A DNA stretch of 34,782 nucleotides from a virus (taxonomy: Duplodnaviria; Caudoviricetes): IMG/VR virus record IMGVR_UViG_3300012953_000094, positions 1 to 34,782 of that record; one strand, 5' to 3'. The notes beneath the pieces are model-generated. The model had not been told where the DNA came from, did no database searches, and saw only the letters and a list, made by a program, of their open reading frames with translations. The position numbers were made by a program, and so were the translations under genes. Shown one piece after another: positions 25,518 to 34,746 of the stretch; positions within the stretch are counted from its first letter, which is position 1; every line of letters begins with the position of its first letter.

Positions 25518-26009
25518 ATGGAAGGACATAAATATTTAACAGCGCATTTTTGTGATAAAGAAAAGCGAACAGTTGAAGCATATTGGGTGGATACAAAAAC
25601 TAAGATTAAAAAGGGCCAACAGAAACCTGTTCGACTTAGTTATATTAATGTTGATCCTAAGGATAGTCAATATCAAAATTTATTAAAGCATGTTACTGTA
25701 GATGATTTACATGCTAACACATGGGCTAATATAAAAGAACAACGAAAAGCATATGAAGAATCAATAGCTAAACTCGCTGCTGCCGAAGGCATGGATGTTA
25801 AAGGCTTAGCTAAAGATCAAAAATATGATTTATTCTTTGAAATGATAGACCAAAGTATGGATATGAGTGAAGAAGATTTATTTAGATTTAAACTTAGGCT
25901 TTTTGAGACTCCCAAACTGGCGGAATCTAAAGATAGAAAAGCAAAAGCTGAACTTAGAAAATCAAGTACCTTTAAAGAAATGGTTGTGGCTTATATAAAC
26001 ATAGGTTAA
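25518..26009 (+). CDS. Hypothetical protein (charged, helical; possibly an assembly chaperone)
   Basis: AGGAG RBS, 163-aa K/E-rich ORF. No family recognised. Confidence 0.6.
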   Translation: MEGHKYLTAHFCDKEKRTVEAYWVDTKTKIKKGQQKPVRLSYINVDPKDSQYQNLLKHVTVDDLHANTWANIKEQRKAYEESIAKLAAAEGMDVKGLAKDQKYDLFFEMIDQSMDMSEEDLFRFKLRLFETPKLAESKDRKAKAELRKSSTFKEMVVAYINIG

Positions 26010-26010
26010 T

Positions 26011-26742
26011 ATGAAAAATATATTATGTGTCAAGTGGGGTGATAAGTATGACTCCTACGTTGAAAAATTAAAAAAACAAATCGAAGATCATTGTTCTTAT
26101 GATTTTAATTTTTATTGTTTAACAGACAATCCTCAAAACGATTACGACATCCAATTACCTACAACTTGGGATCCTTATTATAATCCCGAGACTAATTACT
26201 TTTGGGCTTATCGTAAATGTTATATGTTTAATGAGGATTTATTCCCACAAATAAAAGGTGATGAATTTTTATTCTTTGACCTCGATGTTTTCTTTCATAA
26301 ATCAATAGATGAATTTTTTAAACTTGATATGGATAAACCTTGGATAGTTAGAGGTTGGTGGAATGATGCCGATAATTGTAAAAAGAATTTTGGTAAAATA
26401 AAATCTACTCCTCTTAATTCTTCTATTATAAGATGGAACAGAGGTCAATTAAAACCATTATATAATCATATAGAAAAACATTATGAATATATTTTCTTTA
26501 CTTATTCAACTATTGATAATTATTTTAATCAATGTTGGTATAATATACACGAAGAAGAAGAAGGTTATTTAAAAGGGTTTAATAAAGGGTTGATTTATTC
26601 TTGGTATAAGGGTAATATATTTCCTAATGATATGGAAACAAAAATTTTAAGAAAAGATCATACAGTATGTTTGTTTAATAATAGTGCACAAGGCGTAGAT
26701 GAACATATGAATCAAATTAAAGAGCTAAAAAATTTATGGTAG
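26011..26742 (+). CDS. Putative glycosyltransferase (GT-A fold, nucleotide-diphospho-sugar transferase)
   Basis: N-terminal ILCVKWGDKY...YV.KL, F.CLTD, W...K..MF, FFDLD (DxD motif), NSSI..W and YSW. Confidence 0.8.
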   Translation: MKNILCVKWGDKYDSYVEKLKKQIEDHCSYDFNFYCLTDNPQNDYDIQLPTTWDPYYNPETNYFWAYRKCYMFNEDLFPQIKGDEFLFFDLDVFFHKSIDEFFKLDMDKPWIVRGWWNDADNCKKNFGKIKSTPLNSSIIRWNRGQLKPLYNHIEKHYEYIFFTYSTIDNYFNQCWYNIHEEEEGYLKGFNKGLIYSWYKGNIFPNDMETKILRKDHTVCLFNNSAQGVDEHMNQIKELKNLW

Positions 26743-27497
26743 CTAAAAGTAGATTAATAGAAATCGGAAGTAAATTTACGGAAGGTATGTTAAAGGCTGG
26801 TATAGAAGGTGATGATAATACATGGCCTCCTAAACAGTATTTAAAATACTATCCTAGTCTTGGAGCTAATTGGTCTCGAGCAACAGCTGAGGTAAGTAGA
26901 GAAAAACCTTATGCTATTCAAAGAGTAGAGGCTTCTATGACCTCATCTCAAATGCAAAGTAAATTATGGATATTAGAAGAATTAGAAAATTTAGAATTAC
27001 CATTTAATAATGCAGCTATTATTGGTGGGTGGTATTGTCATTATCTATGTGCTATATTATTTGATAACCTATATGTAAAGTTTATTTGTAATTATGATAT
27101 AGATAAAGACTCACAAACAATAAGTTATAAGTTTAATCGTCGATACAAAGATGCTAATGTATACATTGCAAGTTGTAGAAATTTATTTTTATCTGGGTTC
27201 GAAGATAGACAAATGGAACAAGGTCCGGTTGATTTAATTATTAACCCTTCAGCTGAACATATGTTTCATATGAGAAAAATTTTCTATAAACCTTATTTTC
27301 GTAATTTAAGAAAAGAAGAAAATATACATCCTATCTTTGTTATTCAATCTACTAATGAGACTGGATATGATGATCATATCAATTGTGTTAATTCAATTCA
27401 AGAATTAAAAGATCAAGTTCGTATGAAAAAAATATTATTTAAAGGTGAAAAAACTCTACATAATGGTATGAAAAGATTTATGATAATAGGAAAATAA
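26736..27497 (+). CDS. Putative class I SAM-dependent methyltransferase-like protein
   Basis: SK.W..EEL, AAIIGGWYC (motif I-like), NYDID (acidic motif II), DLIINPSAEHM, QS...HINCV.S..EL and RFMIIG. Confidence 0.6.
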   Translation: MVAKSRLIEIGSKFTEGMLKAGIEGDDNTWPPKQYLKYYPSLGANWSRATAEVSREKPYAIQRVEASMTSSQMQSKLWILEELENLELPFNNAAIIGGWYCHYLCAILFDNLYVKFICNYDIDKDSQTISYKFNRRYKDANVYIASCRNLFLSGFEDRQMEQGPVDLIINPSAEHMFHMRKIFYKPYFRNLRKEENIHPIFVIQSTNETGYDDHINCVNSIQELKDQVRMKKILFKGEKTLHNGMKRFMIIGK

Positions 27498-28577
27498 ATG
27501 TCTTTATATACTACTAAAGATCCTGTCCGGTGTCATATTGAATTAACTAATCACTGTAATGCTGCTTGTCCTATGTGTGGTAGACATACCGTAGATGGCA
27601 AAGCTCCTCATACAATGAGACTTAGAAAAGATGTTAATACATCTGCTTTAACTATAAATGATATAAAAAAAATATTTGACGATAGATTTTTTAATACCTA
27701 TAATTTTGTAGCTATTAATATGTGTGGTAATAGAGGTGATCCTGCTGCCAGCAAAGATCTATTTGAGATATGTGAGTATCTATTTTCTAATGCGCCTCAA
27801 TTACAAATAAAGATAGCTACTAATGGAGGATTAAAAACACCTCATTATTGGGGACGTTTAGGAGCTATGTTTGCTAAGTATGGTAATAAATCTAAAGTAA
27901 CCTTTGGTGTAGATGGATTAGCAGACACTAATCATATCTATAGACAAAATGTAGATTTTAATAAAGTAATGAAAAATGCACAAGGTTTTATAGACAATGG
28001 AGGCACTGCCTTTTGGCAATTTTTAGTATTTAAACATAACGTACATCAGGTTGACGAGGCAAAATTACTAGCTAAGAAAATGGGATTTAAAGATTTATTT
28101 TTTATTCATACACCTAGGTTTGCACATTCTCAAGGAAAAGATGGTACAAAGACCTTTACTTGGCAGGATAAAACATATACTTTAGAGACAGCAGATCCTA
28201 ATTTTGGTAAAAAACAAGACGCAGAAAAATTTATAAATTCTGATGAACAAGAAGAAATTGTATGTAAAGCAAAAGAAATAAACGAATTTTATTTAGATAA
28301 TGCAGGAAGACTTATTCCTTGTTGTTGGTTGGGTAATTCATTAGATTATTTAATTGCTTCAGGAGAGTTCAGAGATCGTATTATGAGATTATATGATATA
28401 GAAGAAATGAATGTTATTGAAAATGATCTGGTAGATACGCTTCAACATGAGTTTATAAATAAAACCGTACCATTAGCATGGAATAACTTAGGTAAAGATT
28501 GTGCCTCTCATTCCTGTAAAATGTATTGTAGCAAAAAAAGAAATTTAAGGAAACAAAAAATTGGCAATTGGGATTAA
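27498..28577 (+). CDS. Radical SAM protein with C-terminal twitch/SPASM-like domain
   Basis: IELTNHCNAACPMC (CxxxCxxC), CGNRGDP, TNGG, FGVDG....H.YR, and C-terminal C...YLD..G.LIPCC...SCKMYC. Confidence 0.92.
   Translation: MSLYTTKDPVRCHIELTNHCNAACPMCGRHTVDGKAPHTMRLRKDVNTSALTINDIKKIFDDRFFNTYNFVAINMCGNRGDPAASKDLFEICEYLFSNAPQLQIKIATNGGLKTPHYWGRLGAMFAKYGNKSKVTFGVDGLADTNHIYRQNVDFNKVMKNAQGFIDNGGTAFWQFLVFKHNVHQVDEAKLLAKKMGFKDLFFIHTPRFAHSQGKDGTKTFTWQDKTYTLETADPNFGKKQDAEKFINSDEQEEIVCKAKEINEFYLDNAGRLIPCCWLGNSLDYLIASGEFRDRIMRLYDIEEMNVIENDLVDTLQHEFINKTVPLAWNNLGKDCASHSCKMYCSKKRNLRKQKIGNWD
28454..28461 (+). promoter_or_regulatory. Possible internal late promoter TATAAATA within the enzyme cluster
   Basis: Perfect match about 100 nt upstream of the hydroxylase gene. 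It is intragenic in AT-rich DNA, so it could be chance. Confidence 0.3.
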
Positions 28578-29232
28578 TGATAAACAAAAAAAGGTTATAG
28601 AACTGTGTGCCGAAAAAGATTTATTTTATTTGGAATTTCCTTTTGAATTTCCTAAAGAATCTATAGAAGAAGTAAAGCAGGTTTATGATGAAGGTTACTT
28701 TGTAAAACATAGAGGCGGTGATAGTCACGGTTGGTGGTCATGTGCTTTGCATGGATGGGGCACAGGCAAAAGAGCAGAATATTATAGAACTATGAATCCA
28801 AGCGGTTATGGTATTGACGAAAAAGATACTAAGTATGGATGGACTGAGTTAGAAGAAGTAGCGCCTAGAACAAAAGAATTCTTATTAGATCATTTTGATT
28901 GTTCTATTATGCGCCGGGCTAGATTTATGTTATTAGAACCAGGAGGTGTTATAAAAGCACATACGGATAGAAAAAATAGAAATATCTGGGGTGCAATTAA
29001 TTGTTGTATGACACAACCCAAAAATTGTTATTTAAGAAGAACCGATACCTTAGATCCGGTTCCATTCAAACCTCGAAAAGTATTTTTTTATGATAATGGA
29101 GTAGAACATGAAGCTGCTAATAATTCTAAGGAAAATAGGTTTCATTTTATTATTCATGGGTACACTTCAAATAAAACAAAAGAATTATTTGTAAAGGCTT
29201 ATGAAGATAAACATGGTCCCGTCGAACTTTGA
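28561..29232 (+). CDS. Aspartyl/asparaginyl beta-hydroxylase-like 2OG-Fe(II) oxygenase
   Basis: W....LHG, WT......P.T..FL, R.RFM.LEPGG.I..HTD (HxD), H...N.S...R.HFIIHG (distal His and 2OG-binding Arg). TTG start with AAGGA upstream. Confidence 0.85.
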   Translation: MAIGINDKQKKVIELCAEKDLFYLEFPFEFPKESIEEVKQVYDEGYFVKHRGGDSHGWWSCALHGWGTGKRAEYYRTMNPSGYGIDEKDTKYGWTELEEVAPRTKEFLLDHFDCSIMRRARFMLLEPGGVIKAHTDRKNRNIWGAINCCMTQPKNCYLRRTDTLDPVPFKPRKVFFYDNGVEHEAANNSKENRFHFIIHGYTSNKTKELFVKAYEDKHGPVEL

Positions 29233-30550
29233 ATCAATTGATGATCTATTACAAGATTTAATAACTAATAAAAATGTAGCAACTAAGTATAAAGACTTTG
29301 CTTTTATTATATTAGAAAATAATAAATTGCCATGGACTTGGTTAAAAGAAAAATTAGTTCAACTTTTATTTTGGAATATACAAGGAGGCGTCACCGGTGC
29401 AGGTAGAGGCCATGCAGTATATTATGCTAAAGAATTGCATGAGGGTCTCCATGCAGCCAAAGCAAAAGGTCATAAGTATGCTATGGTATGTCAAATCGGA
29501 ATGGTCTTATCTGGATTTGGTAATCAAAAAGAAGTAAAAACTCCCGTACAAAATTTTTATGAATTCTGTCAATCAGGTCAATTTATGAGAGCTCATATAT
29601 TAGCCGTACCTGATAAAGAAGCTACTATACATACTCAACATTTAGAAATAGATTTAACCCAATGGAATGGACAAAACCTTAAAAAACTAGGCGGTAATTA
29701 TATAAGAGGTTATGAAAACATACATGATGATTATACACCATTATGGATAGAAGTGCAAGGGTTACCTAAAATTAATAATTTTACCGTTGCCCAAAGAGCA
29801 CAAAAGTGGTATACTTATCCTGATAGAGACTATGATAAACATGAACAAATATTATATGACTATATAAAAAATCAAATAGAACATCCTTTAGAAGGATATC
29901 ATTCTACTAGTTCTATTATAATAAGAGAAATATTAACTAGAAAAAAGAAAAGATTTTATTTTGAAAATAATGAACAAATACCTATTCATTTAAAACAAAA
30001 ATATGACGTGATTGTTTGTCCAACATCTGGTATATTGGCAGAGTATTTGCATGATACTATAGGTCATAAAGATACTAAAGTTTTTATATATGATTACGAT
30101 CAAGTGTTGTTAGATACTAAAAAAAGAATAATAGATATAGGACTAGTAGGTAAAGATCTTTTAATGTATATGGATTCATTTAAAGAATTACCAGGATATG
30201 AAGATTATATCTTCTCAGCCGGTCGTACCCCTAATCAATTTAAAAGTATAGGTTTTAATGAATCGGTTGTTACTGATGAAAAAATATTAAAAATGCAAGA
30301 TAAGCTCGCAGAGAGTAATCATGAATATATTTTGTGTGATTTAATTAATAATGATTTTAAATGGTTAGTAAAAGAAATAAAAGGTAAAAGAGTTTTCTTT
30401 TATGCTTCTAATATATTTCAGTATTATGCGGTATGGATGTTCCACGACTACAATACTATAAGGGGACAATACATGCGCCTTGTACGCGCGTTAAAACAGA
30501 GTAAATCATTCAATTACATAGGAAGAAGACCTATGGGGCGTAAAGTATGA
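29201..30550 (+). CDS. Hypothetical protein (possible transferase; Rossmann-like C-terminal half); start may be 29213
   Basis: 449-aa ORF. C-terminal YDVIVCPTSG..., FIYDY, CDLI and FFYASNIF are reminiscent of a methyltransferase-type fold. Function not established. Confidence 0.5.
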   Translation: MKINMVPSNFESIDDLLQDLITNKNVATKYKDFAFIILENNKLPWTWLKEKLVQLLFWNIQGGVTGAGRGHAVYYAKELHEGLHAAKAKGHKYAMVCQIGMVLSGFGNQKEVKTPVQNFYEFCQSGQFMRAHILAVPDKEATIHTQHLEIDLTQWNGQNLKKLGGNYIRGYENIHDDYTPLWIEVQGLPKINNFTVAQRAQKWYTYPDRDYDKHEQILYDYIKNQIEHPLEGYHSTSSIIIREILTRKKKRFYFENNEQIPIHLKQKYDVIVCPTSGILAEYLHDTIGHKDTKVFIYDYDQVLLDTKKRIIDIGLVGKDLLMYMDSFKELPGYEDYIFSAGRTPNQFKSIGFNESVVTDEKILKMQDKLAESNHEYILCDLINNDFKWLVKEIKGKRVFFYASNIFQYYAVWMFHDYNTIRGQYMRLVRALKQSKSFNYIGRRPMGRKV

Positions 30551-31704
30551 GTTGGTATTGTCCATTGCCATTTACTTCTTTATCAAGTGATACGGCGGGT
30601 TATTATGCTTTGTGTTGTGAATCTAACCCTGCTCCACATCATTGCAATAAAATGTCTTTAAAAGATTTTGAAAGTTCTTCTTATATGGCAAGAGTCAGAG
30701 AAGGATTTAAATCCGATGATCCTACAATTATTCCAGAAATATCTGAAGCTTGTCATCAATGTATACAAAAAGAAAAACAAGGCGTAGTATCAAAAAGACA
30801 AAGAGAATTATTAGAATGGGAAAAAGAAAGCGAAGAATATTTTCTTGAATTAAAATTAATAGGTAATATATGTAATCAAGCTTGTCGAATGTGTGCTCCA
30901 ATTAGTTCTTCAAAGATAGTAGAAGAATTAAATAAAATACCTGAAAGAAAAAAAATAGATATTCCTCGATATTATAATCTTAATGAAAAATGGTGGAAGG
31001 ACTTTGATGAAATAGCACCTGAATTTAATTATTTTAAATTCTCTGGTGGTGAACCTTTTATGTCTCCAACCTTTAATAAAATTTTAAAAAGACTTGAGGA
31101 AATAGGTCATACAGATGTTAAAATTCAAGTTAATACTAATGGTAGTGCATCAGGGAAAAAAATTGAAAAAATATTAAATACATTTACAGATTTAAATATG
31201 TGTCTTTCTATTGACGCATGGGGTAAAAGAAATGAAATTATAAGAACCCATTCCAACTGGAAGTTAACTGAAAAACATTTACATGAATACTGGGCATTAG
31301 TACATGATAGAAATAATTTTAATATTAGTATTCACCCTTGCGTTTCTATTTTAAATATAGGATATTTAAGTGAATTTGAAGAATTTGTAGAATACTTTTG
31401 TAGTAAAAAAATGCAGTTCTCTGTTTCTAATACTTTATTTCAACCAGAGGAATTAAATGTATATTATCTTCCTAACAAGTTAAAAGAACAATATTATAAT
31501 AAACAAAAATTATTTTTAGAAAATAATAAGGTTTTAAATGCAACAAGTGTTATTAATGTATTAACATCAAAATCTAAAGATGAAGGTTTATTTTCAAATA
31601 ATTTAAAATATCTTGATGGCCCTAAAATTGCCGAGGATGAATATCTTAAAGTAGAAAATTGGCAGAAGTGGTGGCCAGAGTTTTTAGAATGGTATGAAAA
31701 ATGA
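30547..31704 (+). CDS. Radical SAM protein with N-terminal twitch/SPASM-like domain
   Basis: N-terminal YCPLPF...G...LCC...ACHQC...E..G..S.R, then GNICNQACRMC.P..SS, FSGGEPF, NTNG and LSID......IR...W. Confidence 0.92.
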   Translation: MSWYCPLPFTSLSSDTAGYYALCCESNPAPHHCNKMSLKDFESSSYMARVREGFKSDDPTIIPEISEACHQCIQKEKQGVVSKRQRELLEWEKESEEYFLELKLIGNICNQACRMCAPISSSKIVEELNKIPERKKIDIPRYYNLNEKWWKDFDEIAPEFNYFKFSGGEPFMSPTFNKILKRLEEIGHTDVKIQVNTNGSASGKKIEKILNTFTDLNMCLSIDAWGKRNEIIRTHSNWKLTEKHLHEYWALVHDRNNFNISIHPCVSILNIGYLSEFEEFVEYFCSKKMQFSVSNTLFQPEELNVYYLPNKLKEQYYNKQKLFLENNKVLNATSVINVLTSKSKDEGLFSNNLKYLDGPKIAEDEYLKVENWQKWWPEFLEWYEK

Positions 31705-33008
31705 TTACCGGCATATCAAAAGGATTTCATGATGCTGCTATAACAAAAATTAAAGATGGTGAAATTCTTTATGCTAGTCACTCTGAAAGACATACAAGAA
31801 TAAAGAATGATAAAAATTTATATAAAAATTTTAAATTAGAAGGAACAACTGTATTTTATGAAAGACCTTTTTGGAAAAACACAAGACGGTTTTATGCTGG
31901 AGTAAATTGGAGATCATTAACATGGCCTCGATATGATTATTATATTAAACATCATTGGTCACATGCAGCTGCAGCTTATTATACTAGACCATTTAAAGAA
32001 GAACCAGTATGTGTTGTAATAGATGCTATAGGTGAATGGGATACAGCATCTATTTGGTATAAAAAGAAAAAGAAATGGTCTTTAAAATATCCAAAATCAT
32101 TAGGTTTATTTTATTCTGCTATTACACATGCTATTGATTTAAAACCAAATGAGGATGAATATATTACAATGTGTATGGCTGCGTATGGTCAACCTAAACA
32201 TAAGTTAAATCCTTATAAAGATTATCATAGAGGCATAGATATTGTAGGAGACAAATTTAATTTAGCAACGTCTGCACAAAAGATCTTAGAAGAAGAGATA
32301 ATTAAAATAATGTTAAAGGCAAAATATTATTCTAATTATCTCTGTTATGGTGGTGGTGTAGCACTTAACTGTGTAGCTAATACAAAAATACATTCTATGT
32401 TTAAAAAAATGTGGATAATGCCTAATCCAGGTGACGCTGGATCATCTTTAGGAGCTGCTGCAGCTTATTACGATAACCAACTAAATTGGATAGATCCCTA
32501 TTTAGGTACAAATATAAAAAGAAACATAAATGCTAAAGAAATTGTTAATTACTTGCTTAACCATTATTATTGCGGTGTTGCTAACGGCCGTGCTGAGTTT
32601 GGTCCTCGTGCTTTGGGTAACCGGAGTCTTATTGCAGATCCCCGTCGAAGTATTAAATCAACTATTAATAAAATTAAAAAACGACAAGAGTTTCGACCAT
32701 TTGGACCTGCAATCCTGGAAGAATTTGCTGATGAATACTTCGAAGGACCAAAAAACAGTTATATGCAATATGTCTCGAGGGCGCTACATGATGTTGAAGG
32801 AGTAACACATGTTGACGGAACTTCCAGGGTTCAAGTAGTTAAAAAAGATTGTAAAAGTATTATAAGACCTATATTAGAAGAATGGTATGAAAAAACAAAA
32901 TGTCCAATGTTATTAAATACCTCATTAAATATAAAGGGACAGCCTATTGTAGATACATGGAAACATGCTCTGGACTTTGAAAGGAAATATAAATGTCGTA
33001 TATTTTAA
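31701..33008 (+). CDS. Carbamoyltransferase (NodU/CmcH/TobZ family)
   Basis: GIS.GFHDAA, SER..R.KND, HH.SHAAA.YY, V.DAIGE, SLGLFYS, GGVALNCVAN, PNPGDAG.SLGAA, GR.EFGPRALGNRS..ADP, K.R..FRPF.P, HVDGT.R.Q and LLNTSLN..G.P. Confidence 0.95.
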   Translation: MITGISKGFHDAAITKIKDGEILYASHSERHTRIKNDKNLYKNFKLEGTTVFYERPFWKNTRRFYAGVNWRSLTWPRYDYYIKHHWSHAAAAYYTRPFKEEPVCVVIDAIGEWDTASIWYKKKKKWSLKYPKSLGLFYSAITHAIDLKPNEDEYITMCMAAYGQPKHKLNPYKDYHRGIDIVGDKFNLATSAQKILEEEIIKIMLKAKYYSNYLCYGGGVALNCVANTKIHSMFKKMWIMPNPGDAGSSLGAAAAYYDNQLNWIDPYLGTNIKRNINAKEIVNYLLNHYYCGVANGRAEFGPRALGNRSLIADPRRSIKSTINKIKKRQEFRPFGPAILEEFADEYFEGPKNSYMQYVSRALHDVEGVTHVDGTSRVQVVKKDCKSIIRPILEEWYEKTKCPMLLNTSLNIKGQPIVDTWKHALDFERKYKCRIF

Positions 33009-34195
33009 CAAATGGATGTAGTTATACTGACAAAAGATTTGGAAAAAAATCAGGTAACTGGATGCATACTGATGAAGAAAAAATAGAATTAGGCATACCC
33101 ATTGATGTTTGGCCAATGTGGCCAGACTATGTTTCTAAAAAAATGGGAATTAAAAATATTAATTTAGCAAAAAGTGGTGCGTCTAATGGTAGAATGCATC
33201 GAACATCTTTAGAACAAATTTTAATATCTCGGCCTAAAGTATTAATGCATTTATGGACTAGTGCTGGTAGAGATGATCACTGGAATGAACACGTAAACCC
33301 TTATGATTTTATTAGAGCAGTTTATATTGCGGGAGAACTTATGCAACGTAATCCCGCAATGTTTGATAAAGATAAAAGAACTATGATGAATCAAAGCCAA
33401 GGACAATTGGCTTTTAGAATGATATCAATATATTATCCCAATGAAATAAATAAAATAATTAGATTTTATACCGATTGGTTTCAATCCGATCATGATTCTT
33501 TAATACATCTTTTAAACTGTATAAGAATAGATGATACTCCTGTATACAAAAATTTAACAAAAAGAGAGTATGATAATGTCAATGCGAGTAAAAATGGTAA
33601 AGCTCTAGAGACATCAATAAGATTTTGGTGTCATATGTTTTGGACAGCAAGAAATTATAGTGATAACGAATTAGAGGAAATGAATACATTTATTCTTAAT
33701 ACTGAATTTCAGCCTATATTAGATACCTATTACATGACTAAATCTGAAAATTTACCATTTATTTCTTTAGCGGCTATAAATTTAGATCCTCAATGGGTGC
33801 ACCTAGGAAGTTATAATGAGGAACTAATTGAAAAGGCAACTAAAACCCATTCAGGTCAGCAGAATGGATTGTGGAAAATTTTTAATGATAAAGAAATTTC
33901 TAGAAGTAAAATGAATGTTTTTGAAAAAATGTCATTATCTATTCGTTATGCTGTTTCGCGTAGAATAAATTTAATATTAAAAAATGAGACTTTTAAAAAA
34001 TTAGATGATTTGGTTTATAATGGAGAATACAATTTTCATCATTGGCCTCCATTAACTAAATATAATACTAATGCTGATATAATGTCAAGACCAGACTGGA
34101 AACCTATAAGTGAAGATGATCAACATCCGCATCCCGACTATCAACAAAAAATAGGAGATATTTTTTATGATTTATATCAAAAGAATTATTCGTAG
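32993..34195 (+). CDS. SGNH/GDSL hydrolase-like protein (esterase or acyltransferase)
   Basis: Block I NGCSYT, WP, NLA.SGASN (block II) and C-terminal DDQHPHP (D..H). Confidence 0.7.
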   Translation: MSYILTNGCSYTDKRFGKKSGNWMHTDEEKIELGIPIDVWPMWPDYVSKKMGIKNINLAKSGASNGRMHRTSLEQILISRPKVLMHLWTSAGRDDHWNEHVNPYDFIRAVYIAGELMQRNPAMFDKDKRTMMNQSQGQLAFRMISIYYPNEINKIIRFYTDWFQSDHDSLIHLLNCIRIDDTPVYKNLTKREYDNVNASKNGKALETSIRFWCHMFWTARNYSDNELEEMNTFILNTEFQPILDTYYMTKSENLPFISLAAINLDPQWVHLGSYNEELIEKATKTHSGQQNGLWKIFNDKEISRSKMNVFEKMSLSIRYAVSRRINLILKNETFKKLDDLVYNGEYNFHHWPPLTKYNTNADIMSRPDWKPISEDDQHPHPDYQQKIGDIFYDLYQKNYS

Positions 34196-34263
34196 ACTTA
34201 GATATATCTTAATAGGATTATTTAGAAAAAATTCAAAACCTCCAAATTTTATATACGAAAAAG

Positions 34264-34746
34264 ATGACTAAAATAAAAATAGAAGATTTTGATGACGGCA
34301 TAAAAGACGATTATGTTGCTGAATATGTCAATGGTAAACAAAAAAGAATATGGAATGAACATAGAACTAAAAGTTATCATCTAGAGGATAATTATTTTGT
34401 TAAAACATTATCATGGGATTATTCCACAGAATGGTTAGAGTGGTATCAAAAATTACAAAAGTTTGAACCAAGGTTAATTGAGGTTGTTAAGATGGTTGGT
34501 AAAAGACAACTTTATATGCCTATAATAAAAGGTGTAACTTTAAAAAACAAAATGTCAATAGAAAGATTTATGATTATTCCTGATATAATGAATAACATAG
34601 CTAAGTTTTCTTTAATGAATGATATTATATTTTTACATCACGATATGCATTTTAGTAACTTTATGGTTGAAGATTATACTGATAATATAATTATGATTGA
34701 TCCTGATTCATTTCATTTATATGATATAGATGGTACACAAATATGA
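34264..34746 (+). CDS. Small protein-kinase-like (APH/RIO/Kdo-kinase fold) phosphotransferase
   Basis: FVK (Lys), M..I.G.TL, HHDMHFSNFM (HxDxxxxN catalytic loop) and IDPDSF (DFG-equivalent). Confidence 0.7.
   Translation: MTKIKIEDFDDGIKDDYVAEYVNGKQKRIWNEHRTKSYHLEDNYFVKTLSWDYSTEWLEWYQKLQKFEPRLIEVVKMVGKRQLYMPIIKGVTLKNKMSIERFMIIPDIMNNIAKFSLMNDIIFLHHDMHFSNFMVEDYTDNIIMIDPDSFHLYDIDGTQI

Noticed and set aside
25994-26001. TATAAACA as a late promoter for the enzyme cluster
   Set aside because: The mismatch falls in the conserved core and such near-matches are common in AT-rich DNA, so it is not supportable without TSS data.
2285-33116. Short alternative-frame and antisense ORFs in the track (2285, 2813, 4053, 6109, 9046, 16951, 20031, 21027, 21314, 22878, 23952, 24282, 25156, 32530, 32925)
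   Set aside because: All lie within well-supported genes, show no recognisable motifs and look like codon-bias shadows.
34196-34263. Intergenic gap as a terminator or small RNA
   Set aside because: No GC-rich hairpin with a U-tract or other convincing structure was seen.
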